Origin: Candidatus Buchananbacteria bacterium
GTDB lineage: Bacteria; Patescibacteriota; Patescibacteriia; Buchananbacterales; UBA6539
Direction: 5' to 3'
NCBI GenBank assembly: GCA_013359225.1
Contig: JABWCG010000002.1
Location: forward strand, 1-47,469
DNA: 47,469 nt
Part shown: positions 37,383-46,057 of the stretch, one piece after another
Position numbering within the stretch: the first letter of the stretch is position 1
Layout of the letters: each line of letters opens with the position of its first letter
Notes under the pieces: generated by a model
The model's database searches: none
What the model saw: only the letters and a program-made list of their open reading frames with translations
What the model was told of the DNA's origin: nothing
Position numbers and translations under genes: made by a program

Positions 37383-38315
37383 TTATTGCATGATTTTATA
37401 TTTTTTTGGTAGCAGTAGTGAGGCTATTATTGATAAGGTAAGCACTCCGATGATTACACTAAATGATGCTAGCGATGAGATGTGTATGTCAAATATTCCG
37501 GAAAGCATTTTTAGGCCAATAAAAAATAAAATTAAAGCCAGCCCTTTTTGCAAGTGATGGAAAATATGCAAAATGTTTTCTATTAAAAAAAATAAGGCCC
37601 GTAATCCCATGATAGCAAAAATATTTGAAGTATAAACAACAAATAAACTCTGGGAAATAGCAAATACGGCTGGTATTGAATCAACTGCAAAAATGATGTC
37701 AGATGTCTCAATCAGCAAAATGGCAAGAAATAATGAGGTGACATAAATTTTGCCGTTTTCTTTCAGGAAGAATTTACCGTTGTGATGATTGGCTGTGATT
37801 GGTAATATTTTTTTAGCAATTTTTATCACTCGGTTTTTATTGAAATCAATATGTTCTTCTTTTTTTGCCCTTATAATTTTTATACCTGTATAAATTAAAA
37901 TAATCCCAAAAACATAAAGTATCCAATGGAACTGGTTAACGATGTAAGCGCCGGCACCGATAAAAATGCCACGAAAGACAATCGCTCCCATAATTCCCCA
38001 AAATAGCACCCGATGATGATATTTTTCTTCTAATTTAAAATAATTTAAAATGAGGAGTATCACAAATAAATTATCTACTGATAGCATTTTTTCCGTGATA
38101 TAAGCGCTCATAAATTCCGCGGCCAATTCTCGACTCATGAATAAGAAAATTAGAAAAGCAAAGGCAAAAGAAATGGCAATCCAAAAAATTGATAACCACA
38201 GGGCCTCTTTAAACTCTATTTTATGGCTTTTTCGGTTAAAATAACCAAGGTCAATTGCCAAAAAACCAAGAATTATGACGCTAAATATTATTAGAAGGTA
38301 GGTTTGAGCTTGCAT
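37383..38315 (-). CDS. TerC/Alx-family membrane protein
   Basis: EKMLSVDNLFV, RVLFWGI.GA..FR, IE.SD..FAVDSIPA, TSNIFAIMGLRALFF. Confidence 0.93.
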   Translation of the reverse strand: MQAQTYLLIIFSVIILGFLAIDLGYFNRKSHKIEFKEALWLSIFWIAISFAFAFLIFLFMSRELAAEFMSAYITEKMLSVDNLFVILLILNYFKLEEKYHHRVLFWGIMGAIVFRGIFIGAGAYIVNQFHWILYVFGIILIYTGIKIIRAKKEEHIDFNKNRVIKIAKKILPITANHHNGKFFLKENGKIYVTSLFLAILLIETSDIIFAVDSIPAVFAISQSLFVVYTSNIFAIMGLRALFFLIENILHIFHHLQKGLALILFFIGLKMLSGIFDIHISSLASFSVIIGVLTLSIIASLLLPKKYKIMQ

Positions 38316-38432
38316 AAATTTTATAAAAAAATAAAACCGACGAATGCCGGTTATAATTGATACTGTTTTGTTGCTTCAAGATACTCTTTTCCAGAGATCT
38401 ATTATTTTGCTGCTTTGCACAGTACCCAAGGC
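38316..38432 (-). promoter_or_regulatory. Structured 5' leader with intrinsic terminator (candidate riboswitch/attenuator)
   Basis: Upstream TTGCCT-17-TATAAT; GGTACTGT/ACAGTATC stem; AACCGGC-ATTC-GTCGGTT plus U-tract just before the ATG. Confidence 0.55.
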
Positions 38433-38480
38433 TTTTTTATTATAATCGTTTTTTCAAAAGTAGGCAAGTTTGATTTGGGT

Positions 38481-38519
38481 ACAAAAAACCAGCGCTTGAA
38501 CGCTGATTTTTTGATGGGG
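38481..38519. repeat. Terminator-like hairpin, copy 2
   Basis: ACAAAAAACCAGCG-CTTG-AACGCTGATTTTTTGATGGGG. Confidence 0.65.
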
Positions 38520-38774
38520 TCGGGAAGGGGATGACGTTAGAATTAGATTATGTGATGTCATTGGGAGATTAAAGTCAGCTTTTAATGGTTTAAACCATTT
38601 TTTTATTCCAAATTATTCTCGTTAAAACAATGTTGCGAGAACTCTTTTAGGGTTTAGCATTGACAATAACAAATTTTTATGTTAGTATTGAACGTTAACT
38701 GATTGGCAGTTAACTCTCACGCACGTGGGAATATCCAGTAGCTCGGATGAGCTCAAAGAACGGAGGTTCAGGAT

Positions 38775-39197
38775 ATGACTCTTCAAGGAATGAGACGGAT
38801 GTTGAGAGATTTTCCTTGGCTGTGGTCATTGGGAAGTAGTTGGGACTACCGAAAGGTGGAGATGACTGTTTTCTCTCACTGGGAGGATGTTCATCTGTTG
38901 TTTCACAAAGCAGTCTTCGAGCTAACCAGGAGCGTTAAGGTGTTTATTCAGGTTACAACTTCTGACAGCGTTGAACGGTTAATCCCTATAAAGGACGATG
39001 AACCGCCCCGCTGGCCTGAATGTGAAGCCAGAAACTATCAGCGTGCAATACTAGACGCAGCACCCCAAGATTCCCAAATCAACTACCTGGTTATCGTTCG
39101 CACCTCACGTCATAAGGGGATTAGAACTTTCGAAATTTGGCGGCCACCGTCTGGCTACCATTGCTTTCGAGAATATGCCGAGAAAGAACCCTACTGA
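38775..39197 (+). CDS. Orphan hypothetical protein in its own transcription unit
   Basis: TTGACA-17-TAGTAT (38660-38688), SD GGAGG, terminator-like hairpin near 39207-39242. Confidence 0.7.
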   Translation: MTLQGMRRMLRDFPWLWSLGSSWDYRKVEMTVFSHWEDVHLLFHKAVFELTRSVKVFIQVTTSDSVERLIPIKDDEPPRWPECEARNYQRAILDAAPQDSQINYLVIVRTSRHKGIRTFEIWRPPSGYHCFREYAEKEPY

Positions 39198-39357
39198 CAT
39201 AACCGAGGCTTAGCCCACCTCCAGAAACGGGCTTCTTTTTTATTATAAATCATCATTATCTACGAATATTAGTAGGTGCTAATCTTTGATTTGCAATTTT
39301 GCTTTGATTTTGTTAAGATTGTTTTCCGCATGTTAGTTTTTGTGTCATAATATAAAT

Positions 39358-39786
39358 ATGGGCAAAAAAACCGTTACTTTGGCATTAATTACGGAGGTGG
39401 CAGCGTTTAATGTTTTTGTTTTGCCATTATCAATCTCTTATTTAAAAGAACCGTATACAGGAGGTTTTTTATCGCGTATTTATATCGTGTCCTTGGCAAC
39501 CATTGTAGGCATCGGGGCTATATATAAGTACTTCGGTCCATGGTTAGAGGAATATCACAAGAATAATTTTTTTACGAAACTTATGAAAATTAATTTTAAT
39601 CCCAAAGAAATTATGGGGTTAAAAAATAACGATTGTATTCATTATATAAAAATTTTTGCGGCTTTAAATTTATTTGTTTTCCCAGTTCTTAATTTATTCA
39701 AGGTAATAATAATAAAGATTGACGATTTACTGTCGGCTTTATTAATTAATAATAAATATTATGCCAGACGAGGTAAAGAAAACTAA
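39358..39786 (+). CDS. Hypothetical membrane protein
   Basis: Three hydrophobic segments; ATG 39358; overlaps the next gene. Confidence 0.55.
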   Translation: MGKKTVTLALITEVAAFNVFVLPLSISYLKEPYTGGFLSRIYIVSLATIVGIGAIYKYFGPWLEEYHKNNFFTKLMKINFNPKEIMGLKNNDCIHYIKIFAALNLFVFPVLNLFKVIIIKIDDLLSALLINNKYYARRGKEN

Positions 39787-40600
39787 AGATGGAATTATTG
39801 CTATTCTAGGACTTACCATCACTATTATTGGTGTTCTTTATATTATTTTTTCGAAACAGCCAGCGTTTGAACCGAATATAACTGTAAATACCAATGAGGA
39901 CATTGCAGTCACACCAGACATTGATAAACCTCAGCCGCCAGACTTGGGTGGCGGTGAGACATTATTGACTACTGGTAATTTATTAGAGTCTAGGGGTGAT
40001 TATATTCCTTCTCCAGAAGTTTACACTTCAAATTATGATAAAGAGTCTATTAAGTTAGCATTGAATGGCAAATTTAAAGTCGCTCAACTTGAGGTGGAAG
40101 GTCAGGTGTTAGGTGAAGGAAGACATTTTATTTCTTTTAGTTTTGATAATATCAGTGGCGTGCTGAATGCAGTTAGGAAAGATGAAAATCAATTGGATTT
40201 AGCGGAAACAAAAAAAATAGGAGGAATATTTGTGAAAGATGTTCCGATAAAATTCGTGGTGGATTTAAAAAACCGCATCACTCTAGCAACCACGAAAGAA
40301 GAATTTGAAAAAGACAGGAACCCAACAAGAGATGTTATTCTATGGGACCAAATCAAATTGCAACCCCCAACGGTAGTTCGATTTTTATTCGCCCCATTTA
40401 ATGAATACGGCCAGTATGGTGGTGTCAAAATAACAAGTATAAAATTTAACTATTTATGTGAAGATAACAGTGAATGTAGTGCTAAGTATTGCGGCATATC
40501 TGAAAAATATACTCAGTGTTTACAAGAGAGCTTTGGACATGAAGCAGCTGTTGATTGGTGCCAAAGGGCAGCGCTTAAGGAATGCGAAAATTTTCAGTAG
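39761..40600 (+). CDS. Membrane-anchored hypothetical protein with Cys-rich C-terminus
   Basis: N-terminal TM, six C-terminal cysteines, hairpin downstream at about 40640-40670. Confidence 0.7.
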   Translation: MPDEVKKTKDGIIAILGLTITIIGVLYIIFSKQPAFEPNITVNTNEDIAVTPDIDKPQPPDLGGGETLLTTGNLLESRGDYIPSPEVYTSNYDKESIKLALNGKFKVAQLEVEGQVLGEGRHFISFSFDNISGVLNAVRKDENQLDLAETKKIGGIFVKDVPIKFVVDLKNRITLATTKEEFEKDRNPTRDVILWDQIKLQPPTVVRFLFAPFNEYGQYGGVKITSIKFNYLCEDNSECSAKYCGISEKYTQCLQESFGHEAAVDWCQRAALKECENFQ

Positions 40601-40733
40601 TTCAATATAGTACGAGAAAGGCTTAATCTTAAATTATGCTAATGCTCCCTTGGTTTTCAGGGAGCATTTAATTAAGTGTTTTCATCTAGGTGTTGTGAGC
40701 ATAATGAAAGCTGTTTTATGAAAATTAATAAAC

Positions 40734-41738
40734 ATGAATTTAAAATTTTCACCATTAACTTATTTTCGTAGCCTGAAGAGTGATAGGCCTGCTGGGTTGA
40801 TTAACCTGATTAAAGGTTATTCAACTTATTTGGAAAACAATAAAATAAACCAGAGAACATTAATTAATTATATAGGTTCTTTAAAAAAATTTTATCAGTT
40901 TATTGGTGATATTGAGGTGAAAAAAATTTCTGATGAAATGATTAATAAGGAGTTTATTAGCCATTTAAGAGAGTTGCAGGGTTTGTCGCTATCTACCGCA
41001 ATGATGACACTTCAACACTTGAGGTATTTTTTTCAATATTTAGAAAATATTAATATCGAATCACTGAACTCCGATAAAATTATTGATAAAAAAATAAATA
41101 ACACTATTCTTAAGGAACACCGTACATCTTATCATCGTGACTTCTTAGAAGATGAGGAGCTTGAAGCGTTATTAAATTATTGGAGAAACTCTGAACATGG
41201 GGTTAATCCTAGGATGATGAGAAATCAATTGATAATACAAATTTTAGCTGATACTGGCATGACCGTGCATGAAATGACACTACTTTTTAGAGATAACGTT
41301 GACCTTAAGAAGGGGACAATCAATATTCAGTATAAAAATAGTAAATATTATTATAAGAATCGAGAACTTGATTTGCCACGAGCGACGCTAGGATTGTTAG
41401 AAAAATATTTTGATTTGCGGAAAGACAGGTGTCAATGCTTAGTAGTTGCTTTTAAGCCACAAAACGAATTTATCGTTGAGGCCTGGCCGCTAACCGAGAG
41501 GAGTATTCAGAGGATTGTAGTTGATACGTTAAAAAACGTTGGCATTAATAAGAAAATTACTCCATCAGTATTCAGGAATACAAAATTTTTAGATTTGTAT
41601 AAACGTGAGGTTAGAGTAAGCGAAATTAAGCGGTTGATGGGGATTAATCCTTCGTCAACTAGTTATTTTAGGTATATAAGAAATTATAAACATAAAAATT
41701 ATAGGTACAATCTACCTTTTAAAGAAAGTAATGATTGA
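40734..41738 (+). CDS. Tyrosine recombinase-like protein with degenerate catalytic residues
   Basis: SAM-like N-domain (RTL.NY..SL..F), LRYFFQYL, RNQLIIQILADTGMT.HE, LTERSIQR, KITPSVFR. Confidence 0.82.
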   Translation: MNLKFSPLTYFRSLKSDRPAGLINLIKGYSTYLENNKINQRTLINYIGSLKKFYQFIGDIEVKKISDEMINKEFISHLRELQGLSLSTAMMTLQHLRYFFQYLENINIESLNSDKIIDKKINNTILKEHRTSYHRDFLEDEELEALLNYWRNSEHGVNPRMMRNQLIIQILADTGMTVHEMTLLFRDNVDLKKGTINIQYKNSKYYYKNRELDLPRATLGLLEKYFDLRKDRCQCLVVAFKPQNEFIVEAWPLTERSIQRIVVDTLKNVGINKKITPSVFRNTKFLDLYKREVRVSEIKRLMGINPSSTSYFRYIRNYKHKNYRYNLPFKESND

Positions 41739-41917
41739 CTGTTAATTGTGTTAACACTTTTTAAGAATGTTTATGCCATTTGTGGATAAGTTTACTTTTT
41801 ATCTTATTTTAGCTGAGAAAAAAACAAATTATTTTTTTAAAATGTTATAATCTAATATATAATAATATAGGCTGAAATCTTGACGCTTTTTTAATATCGG
41901 TTAGAATAATATTGTTC

Positions 41918-42018
41918 CTACTTAGCCTAAAATATTGATTTAATCTCGGTGCCGTGAAGTGCTAAGTTGCCCGAGACGACCTTCTCAGTTTTTCTGGGTG
42001 GGTTGTCTCGGGCTTTTT
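41918..42018 (+). ncRNA. Structured leader with terminator and potential antiterminator pairing
   Basis: Promoter TTGACG-16-TAGAAT (41880-41907); ACTTAGC/GCTAAGT stem; 13-bp hairpin GCCCGAGACGACC/GGTTGTCTCGGGC plus T5. Confidence 0.55.
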
Positions 42019-42077
42019 GTATACCGTGGAGAGTCAAAAGCTGTTGATTCATCTCCACGGGTCGACAGCTTTTAACT

Positions 42078-42266
42078 ATGCTTTCCGAAATCGCAATAAA
42101 GGAATTTGTAGCAATTTACTACAAGAGATATGGTGTAACTTTAACCCAAGAACAGGCTAGAGAAGCAGCTTTTAAGTTGTTGAATATGTTTCAGGTAATC
42201 TACAGGCCGATTGGAAAAGATGGTGTTAAGTTAGTTAACACCAAAGAAAGCGATGGTTCATCATAA
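42078..42266 (+). CDS. Small helical hypothetical protein (62 aa)
   Basis: MLSE.AIKEF..IY.KRYG..LT.EQA; resembles small proteins I recall near CPR serine recombinases (unverified). Confidence 0.7.
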   Translation: MLSEIAIKEFVAIYYKRYGVTLTQEQAREAAFKLLNMFQVIYRPIGKDGVKLVNTKESDGSS

Positions 42267-42522
42267 AAATTATAGCTGGGCAGTCTTTCCCTTGGTTTGC
42301 TGGATAAACATTAACCAAGCAAAAGCTTACTGGGTGATAAAGGCATCCAGGAAATAATGTGGCCAGAGACTAAGTCCGTGGGTAGCCTGGTGACTTGCCC
42401 CACGGCATTTCCTCTGTCCATATTGCTAATTAAATCAGCTATGATAATCAATCAATCATGTCTTTCCTTAATTAGGAAAGGGAAGTCACCTAATTTAAGG
42501 TATTGATAAAAGTAATAATGTT

Positions 42523-42780
42523 ATGAATCTTGATTTTCATGCGAGTGAAACTGGGAAGCAGTATGGTAAAAGTACGACCAAACTTTTTCAGGTAAAATTA
42601 AAACCAGAGGAGTATGACATGATTGATAGTTTTATCAAGGAACAAGGCATAACAAAGCGTAATTATATGGTTCGTTCGTTTGCCGTCGTGAAGAAAATAA
42701 TTAAGCAAAAGTTCATTAAGCAGGCCAGCCAACAATTTGCTGATTATGGTAATAAATATTTGAAAAAGAAGGGACGATAA
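42523..42780 (+). CDS. Small putative DNA-binding protein (RHH-like)
   Basis: FQVKLKPEEYDMIDSFIKEQGITKRNYM beta-alpha-alpha pattern. Confidence 0.5.
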   Translation: MNLDFHASETGKQYGKSTTKLFQVKLKPEEYDMIDSFIKEQGITKRNYMVRSFAVVKKIIKQKFIKQASQQFADYGNKYLKKKGR

Positions 42781-42802
42781 TAACTTTAAAAACTTTAAGG
42801 TA

Positions 42803-43363
42803 ATGAGTGACGTTTCAAATGAAAATTTTAAGATGTCATCAGGTGGCCGACCGACTACGGATGAAAGCGAAGAGCATTTTGCCAGAGCTTTAATTTTGTA
42901 CCTGCATGGGTTGAGGAGTGGGAGCGAGATAGGAAGGCGGTTACACATAAGCCCACAGGCTGGTTGTAACTTGTTGAAGAAAGTGCGTGAACACCTTAAT
43001 GAACAACTTCTTGCCAAGGAGAAAACAGCAGCAGATTTTGAATTTCAGAGGGTTCAGGCGATTGAAATGGCAAATGACTTACTGTGTGAGGCGTGGAATA
43101 TTTTTTCTTTAGGTAGTTTATCGGTCAGGATTCAGGCATTAAATATTATTCTGTCAGTACAAAAATATATTGCCGAGTTGTCTGGTGCAATGGTTGGTGT
43201 TGCTACCAGGAACATCATCGCTCAGAAATATGGCGAAGACTGGGTTAAGGAGTTGGTCTCTCGTAACAAGTATGCAGGCATGAGCACGGCAGAGTTACAA
43301 AGTCGACTTGATTACCTCCATCAGGAAATTGAAAAACAAGAACAAGAAAAGTTGAAGAAGTAG
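42803..43363 (+). CDS. HTH-containing helical protein (possibly terminase small subunit-like)
   Basis: GGRP, LYLHGLRSGSEIGRRLHISPQAGCNLL HTH, C-terminal MSTAELQ coiled coil. Confidence 0.55.
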   Translation: MSDVSNENFKMSSGGRPTTDESEEHFARALILYLHGLRSGSEIGRRLHISPQAGCNLLKKVREHLNEQLLAKEKTAADFEFQRVQAIEMANDLLCEAWNIFSLGSLSVRIQALNIILSVQKYIAELSGAMVGVATRNIIAQKYGEDWVKELVSRNKYAGMSTAELQSRLDYLHQEIEKQEQEKLKK

Positions 43364-43443
43364 TTCGGTTAGGATGCTGAGAGAGGTAAATTTAAGGTTG
43401 ATTTTTTAAGCAATTATGACTAATATGGAGTTATAACTAAATA

Positions 43444-43549
43444 TGCGCGCTAACACATTATGAAGCCCTCATCAGGCTGTGTTAGCGCGCAGACAGACTT
43501 CGGTCTGTTAAAACTGGTGAGGGCCTTATAGTCCCTCCATATTAGGGGA
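43444..43549 (+). ncRNA. Structured RNA leader (pseudoknot/switch-like)
   Basis: Perfect 14-bp stem, cUUCGg hairpin, loop complementary to 43514-43531; promoter TTGATT-17-TAATAT (43398-43426). Confidence 0.65.
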
Positions 43550-43554
43550 ATTTT

Positions 43555-44118
43555 ATGAAAAAATGCCAATTTTGCGCCGAGGAAATCCAGGACGAGGCAA
43601 TCGTCTGCAAACATTGCGGCAAGGAACTTAAAAAGAACACTACGCCATCGGCAAAAAAGAAATCAAGCCTTGGTTCTTGGAAAAGCTGGGCATTTATCGT
43701 CGGTTCAATTTTTATCATAGCTATATTTATTAACCAAGGAATCGAAAAGAATACGGATGAAATTGCGAACGGTAAGTATCAGAACACTGGCCAGAATCAG
43801 CAACCAAAAATGGTTCGTGAAACTGGTGCAGAAGCATTCCTTAGGCTTCCTGACAACCCAGACCCTAACCAGGCAATAATGTTGACCAAAAATAAGGAAG
43901 ATTACAGTCAGGTTTTTAAGGCTCTTGATGCTCAAGATTATTTAGGCTTGCTTGAAATTCCAGGGGCGTTCGCTGTACACAACGGTTCACGGGCTAAAGT
44001 TATTGAAACTTCCGTCACTATGGTTAAGGTCAGAATTATGGCAGGGGTATTGGATGTTGATAATGATAAAGTTGGCATGGCTGGCTGGCTTCCGACTGAA
44101 TGGGTAGTCGACCGATAA
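43555..44118 (+). CDS. Zinc-ribbon membrane protein
   Basis: [21 protein letters not shown], one TM helix, SH3-like C-terminus (GWLP.EWV). Confidence 0.8.
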   Translation: MKKCQFCAEEIQDEAIVCKHCGKELKKNTTPSAKKKSSLGSWKSWAFIVGSIFIIAIFINQGIEKNTDEIANGKYQNTGQNQQPKMVRETGAEAFLRLPDNPDPNQAIMLTKNKEDYSQVFKALDAQDYLGLLEIPGAFAVHNGSRAKVIETSVTMVKVRIMAGVLDVDNDKVGMAGWLPTEWVVDR

Positions 44119-44138
44119 ATATTTTTTATAGGAAAGTG

Positions 44139-45767
44139 ATGGCAGACGATAGTCGAGCAATAAAATATTTCATCTATGCGCGCAAGTCTACGGAATCGGA
44201 GGACAGGCAAGTCTTGTCGTTAGCTTCACAAATTGATGCCTTAGAGGAAATTGCAAAGAGGGATGGGTTGCATGTCGTTGGCAAGATGTCTGAATCAAAA
44301 TCAGCTAAGCAACCTGGTCGTGAAGTTTATGGCGACATGATAAACAAGATTAAGCAGGATAAAGCCCAGGGTATCCTCTGTTGGAAATTGGATAGGCTTG
44401 CAAGAAACCCGATTGACGGCGGTGAAATAGCTTGGCTTATACAGCAGGGAATAATTAAGCATATAAAAACACCCAGTAAGGATTATTTCCCAACCGACAA
44501 TGTCATGTTGATGAGCGTCGAGTTCGGCATGGCCAACCAATTCATCATTGATTTGAAAGCAAATACCAAACGCGGGCTGATGGCGAAAGTTAAAAGTGGT
44601 TGGTGTCCCTGCGTTTCGAAGCCTGGCTATATGGGTGATAGGTTTAGTTCGAAAGGCGAAAAGAAAATCATGTCTGACCCTGAACGTTTCCCGTTATTGG
44701 AGAAAGCTTTCGATTTGATGCTGTCAGGGACATGTAGCCCGCCACAAATTTTAGAAAAACTGAATAACGAATGGGGCTACAGGACACCAATCAAGAAACG
44801 GGTGGGCGGTAAACCGTTGAGCAAGAGTTCGATTTATCGGATTTTAACTGACCCGTTTTATTATGGAAAATTTGAATATCCAATGGGCAGCGGCAATTGG
44901 TACGACGGCAAGCACGAGACGATGATTACTGAAGGGGAATATTGGAGAATCCAGGAGTTGCTTGGCCGTAAAGGTAAGCCACGGCCAAAGAAGCACAAGT
45001 TCGCTTTTACGGGGCAGATTAGGTGCGGAGAGTGCGGTTCGATGATTACCGCTGAGGAGAAATTCAAGATTAATAAGGGCAACGGCCTTATCCACCACTA
45101 CACTTATTACCGTTGCACTAAAAAGAAATTGAGTAGTTGTTCGCAAAAAACCATTTCAGTACATGAGTTGGAGAAACAAATTGACGAACATTTGCAGCGA
45201 GTATCAATACCAGAAGATTTTAAGGATTGGGCGGTCAAATGGCTGAAGGAAATCAACGGTAAGGAAATTGAGGATAGGACGGTGGTTTACAAGTCCCAGC
45301 AAGCCGCTTACAACGACGCACAGCGGCAGCTTGATAACTTGACCCAAATGAGGTTGAGGGAATTGTTAACTGACGAGGAATATCTCCAACAGAAAGACAA
45401 GCTCTTAAAGCAACGCGAACGGTTTGCCGAACGCTTGCGCGATACGGAGCAACGTGCCGACAGTTGGTGCGACCAAGTCGAGAAAACGTTTGAGTTCTCT
45501 TGCCACGCCCGTCATTGGTTTATGAATGGTGACTTAATTGCGAAGAAAGCTATCCTGGCTTCGTTAGGTTCGGACTTCACCCTCAAGGACAGGAAATTAA
45601 ACATAAATTTGCAGAAACCTTTTGAAATAATGGAAAAAGGTTTTGCTGACATGCGACTTAAGCAGGTTTGGTTAGAACCTGCAACAATAGGCTTATTTGA
45701 CAAAAAAAACACCTCCCCTGCGCGGGGAGATGTCTTCTGGGGTGGCATACGGGAATCGAACCCGTAA
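44139..45767 (+). CDS. Large serine recombinase (integrase)
   Basis: YARKS catalytic Ser, ESKSAK.PGR, LDRLAR, recombinase domain, CGECG...YYRC...C Zn ribbon, coiled coil. Confidence 0.95.
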   Translation: MADDSRAIKYFIYARKSTESEDRQVLSLASQIDALEEIAKRDGLHVVGKMSESKSAKQPGREVYGDMINKIKQDKAQGILCWKLDRLARNPIDGGEIAWLIQQGIIKHIKTPSKDYFPTDNVMLMSVEFGMANQFIIDLKANTKRGLMAKVKSGWCPCVSKPGYMGDRFSSKGEKKIMSDPERFPLLEKAFDLMLSGTCSPPQILEKLNNEWGYRTPIKKRVGGKPLSKSSIYRILTDPFYYGKFEYPMGSGNWYDGKHETMITEGEYWRIQELLGRKGKPRPKKHKFAFTGQIRCGECGSMITAEEKFKINKGNGLIHHYTYYRCTKKKLSSCSQKTISVHELEKQIDEHLQRVSIPEDFKDWAVKWLKEINGKEIEDRTVVYKSQQAAYNDAQRQLDNLTQMRLRELLTDEEYLQQKDKLLKQRERFAERLRDTEQRADSWCDQVEKTFEFSCHARHWFMNGDLIAKKAILASLGSDFTLKDRKLNINLQKPFEIMEKGFADMRLKQVWLEPATIGLFDKKNTSPARGDVFWGGIRESNP

Positions 45768-45813
45768 TGCGAGTGCCACAAACTCGCGTGATAACCGTTT
45801 CACCAATGCCACC
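45738..45813 (-). tRNA. tRNA-His(GUG)
   Basis: G-1 with C73, TT GTG GC loop, encoded CCA. Confidence 0.95.
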
Positions 45814-45829
45814 ATGTTGATTGTTAATC

Positions 45830-45901
45830 CGCCCCCAGTAGGAATCGAACCTACATCTTAGGCTCCGGAAGCCCACATTCTATCCGTTGAACTATAGGGG
45901 C
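45830..45901 (-). tRNA. tRNA-Arg(CCG), CCA not encoded
   Basis: GCCCCTA..TT CCG GA..GTTCGATTC..TGGGGGCG. Confidence 0.93.
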
Positions 45902-45928
45902 TCAATTACGTTTACTTGAAGCGAAGAT

Positions 45929-46005
45929 TGGCGTCCCAGGAAGGACTCGAACCTTCAACCTACAGCTTAGAAGGCTGTTGCTCTATCCGGTTGAGCTACT
46001 GGGAC
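45929..46005 (-). tRNA. tRNA-Arg(UCU)
   Basis: GTCCCAG..CT TCT AA..CTGGGACGCCA. Confidence 0.95.
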
Positions 46006-46057
46006 TCGAGACTAGAACAAAATGAGTCTAGCAAAAAAATGACTGAAAGTCAATCGT

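Larger units (their letters stand above)
38515..45767. mobile_element. Putative serine-recombinase genomic island at the 3' end of tRNA-His (left boundary uncertain)
   Basis: LSR overlapping tRNA-His, co-oriented orphan genes, AT-rich stretches, degenerate tyrosine recombinase. No long att duplication seen. Confidence 0.6.

Noticed and set aside
38515..45767. Intact prophage or conjugative element
   Set aside because: No recognisable capsid, portal, large terminase, tail, relaxase or T4SS ATPase. The pilin at 36220 is isolated.
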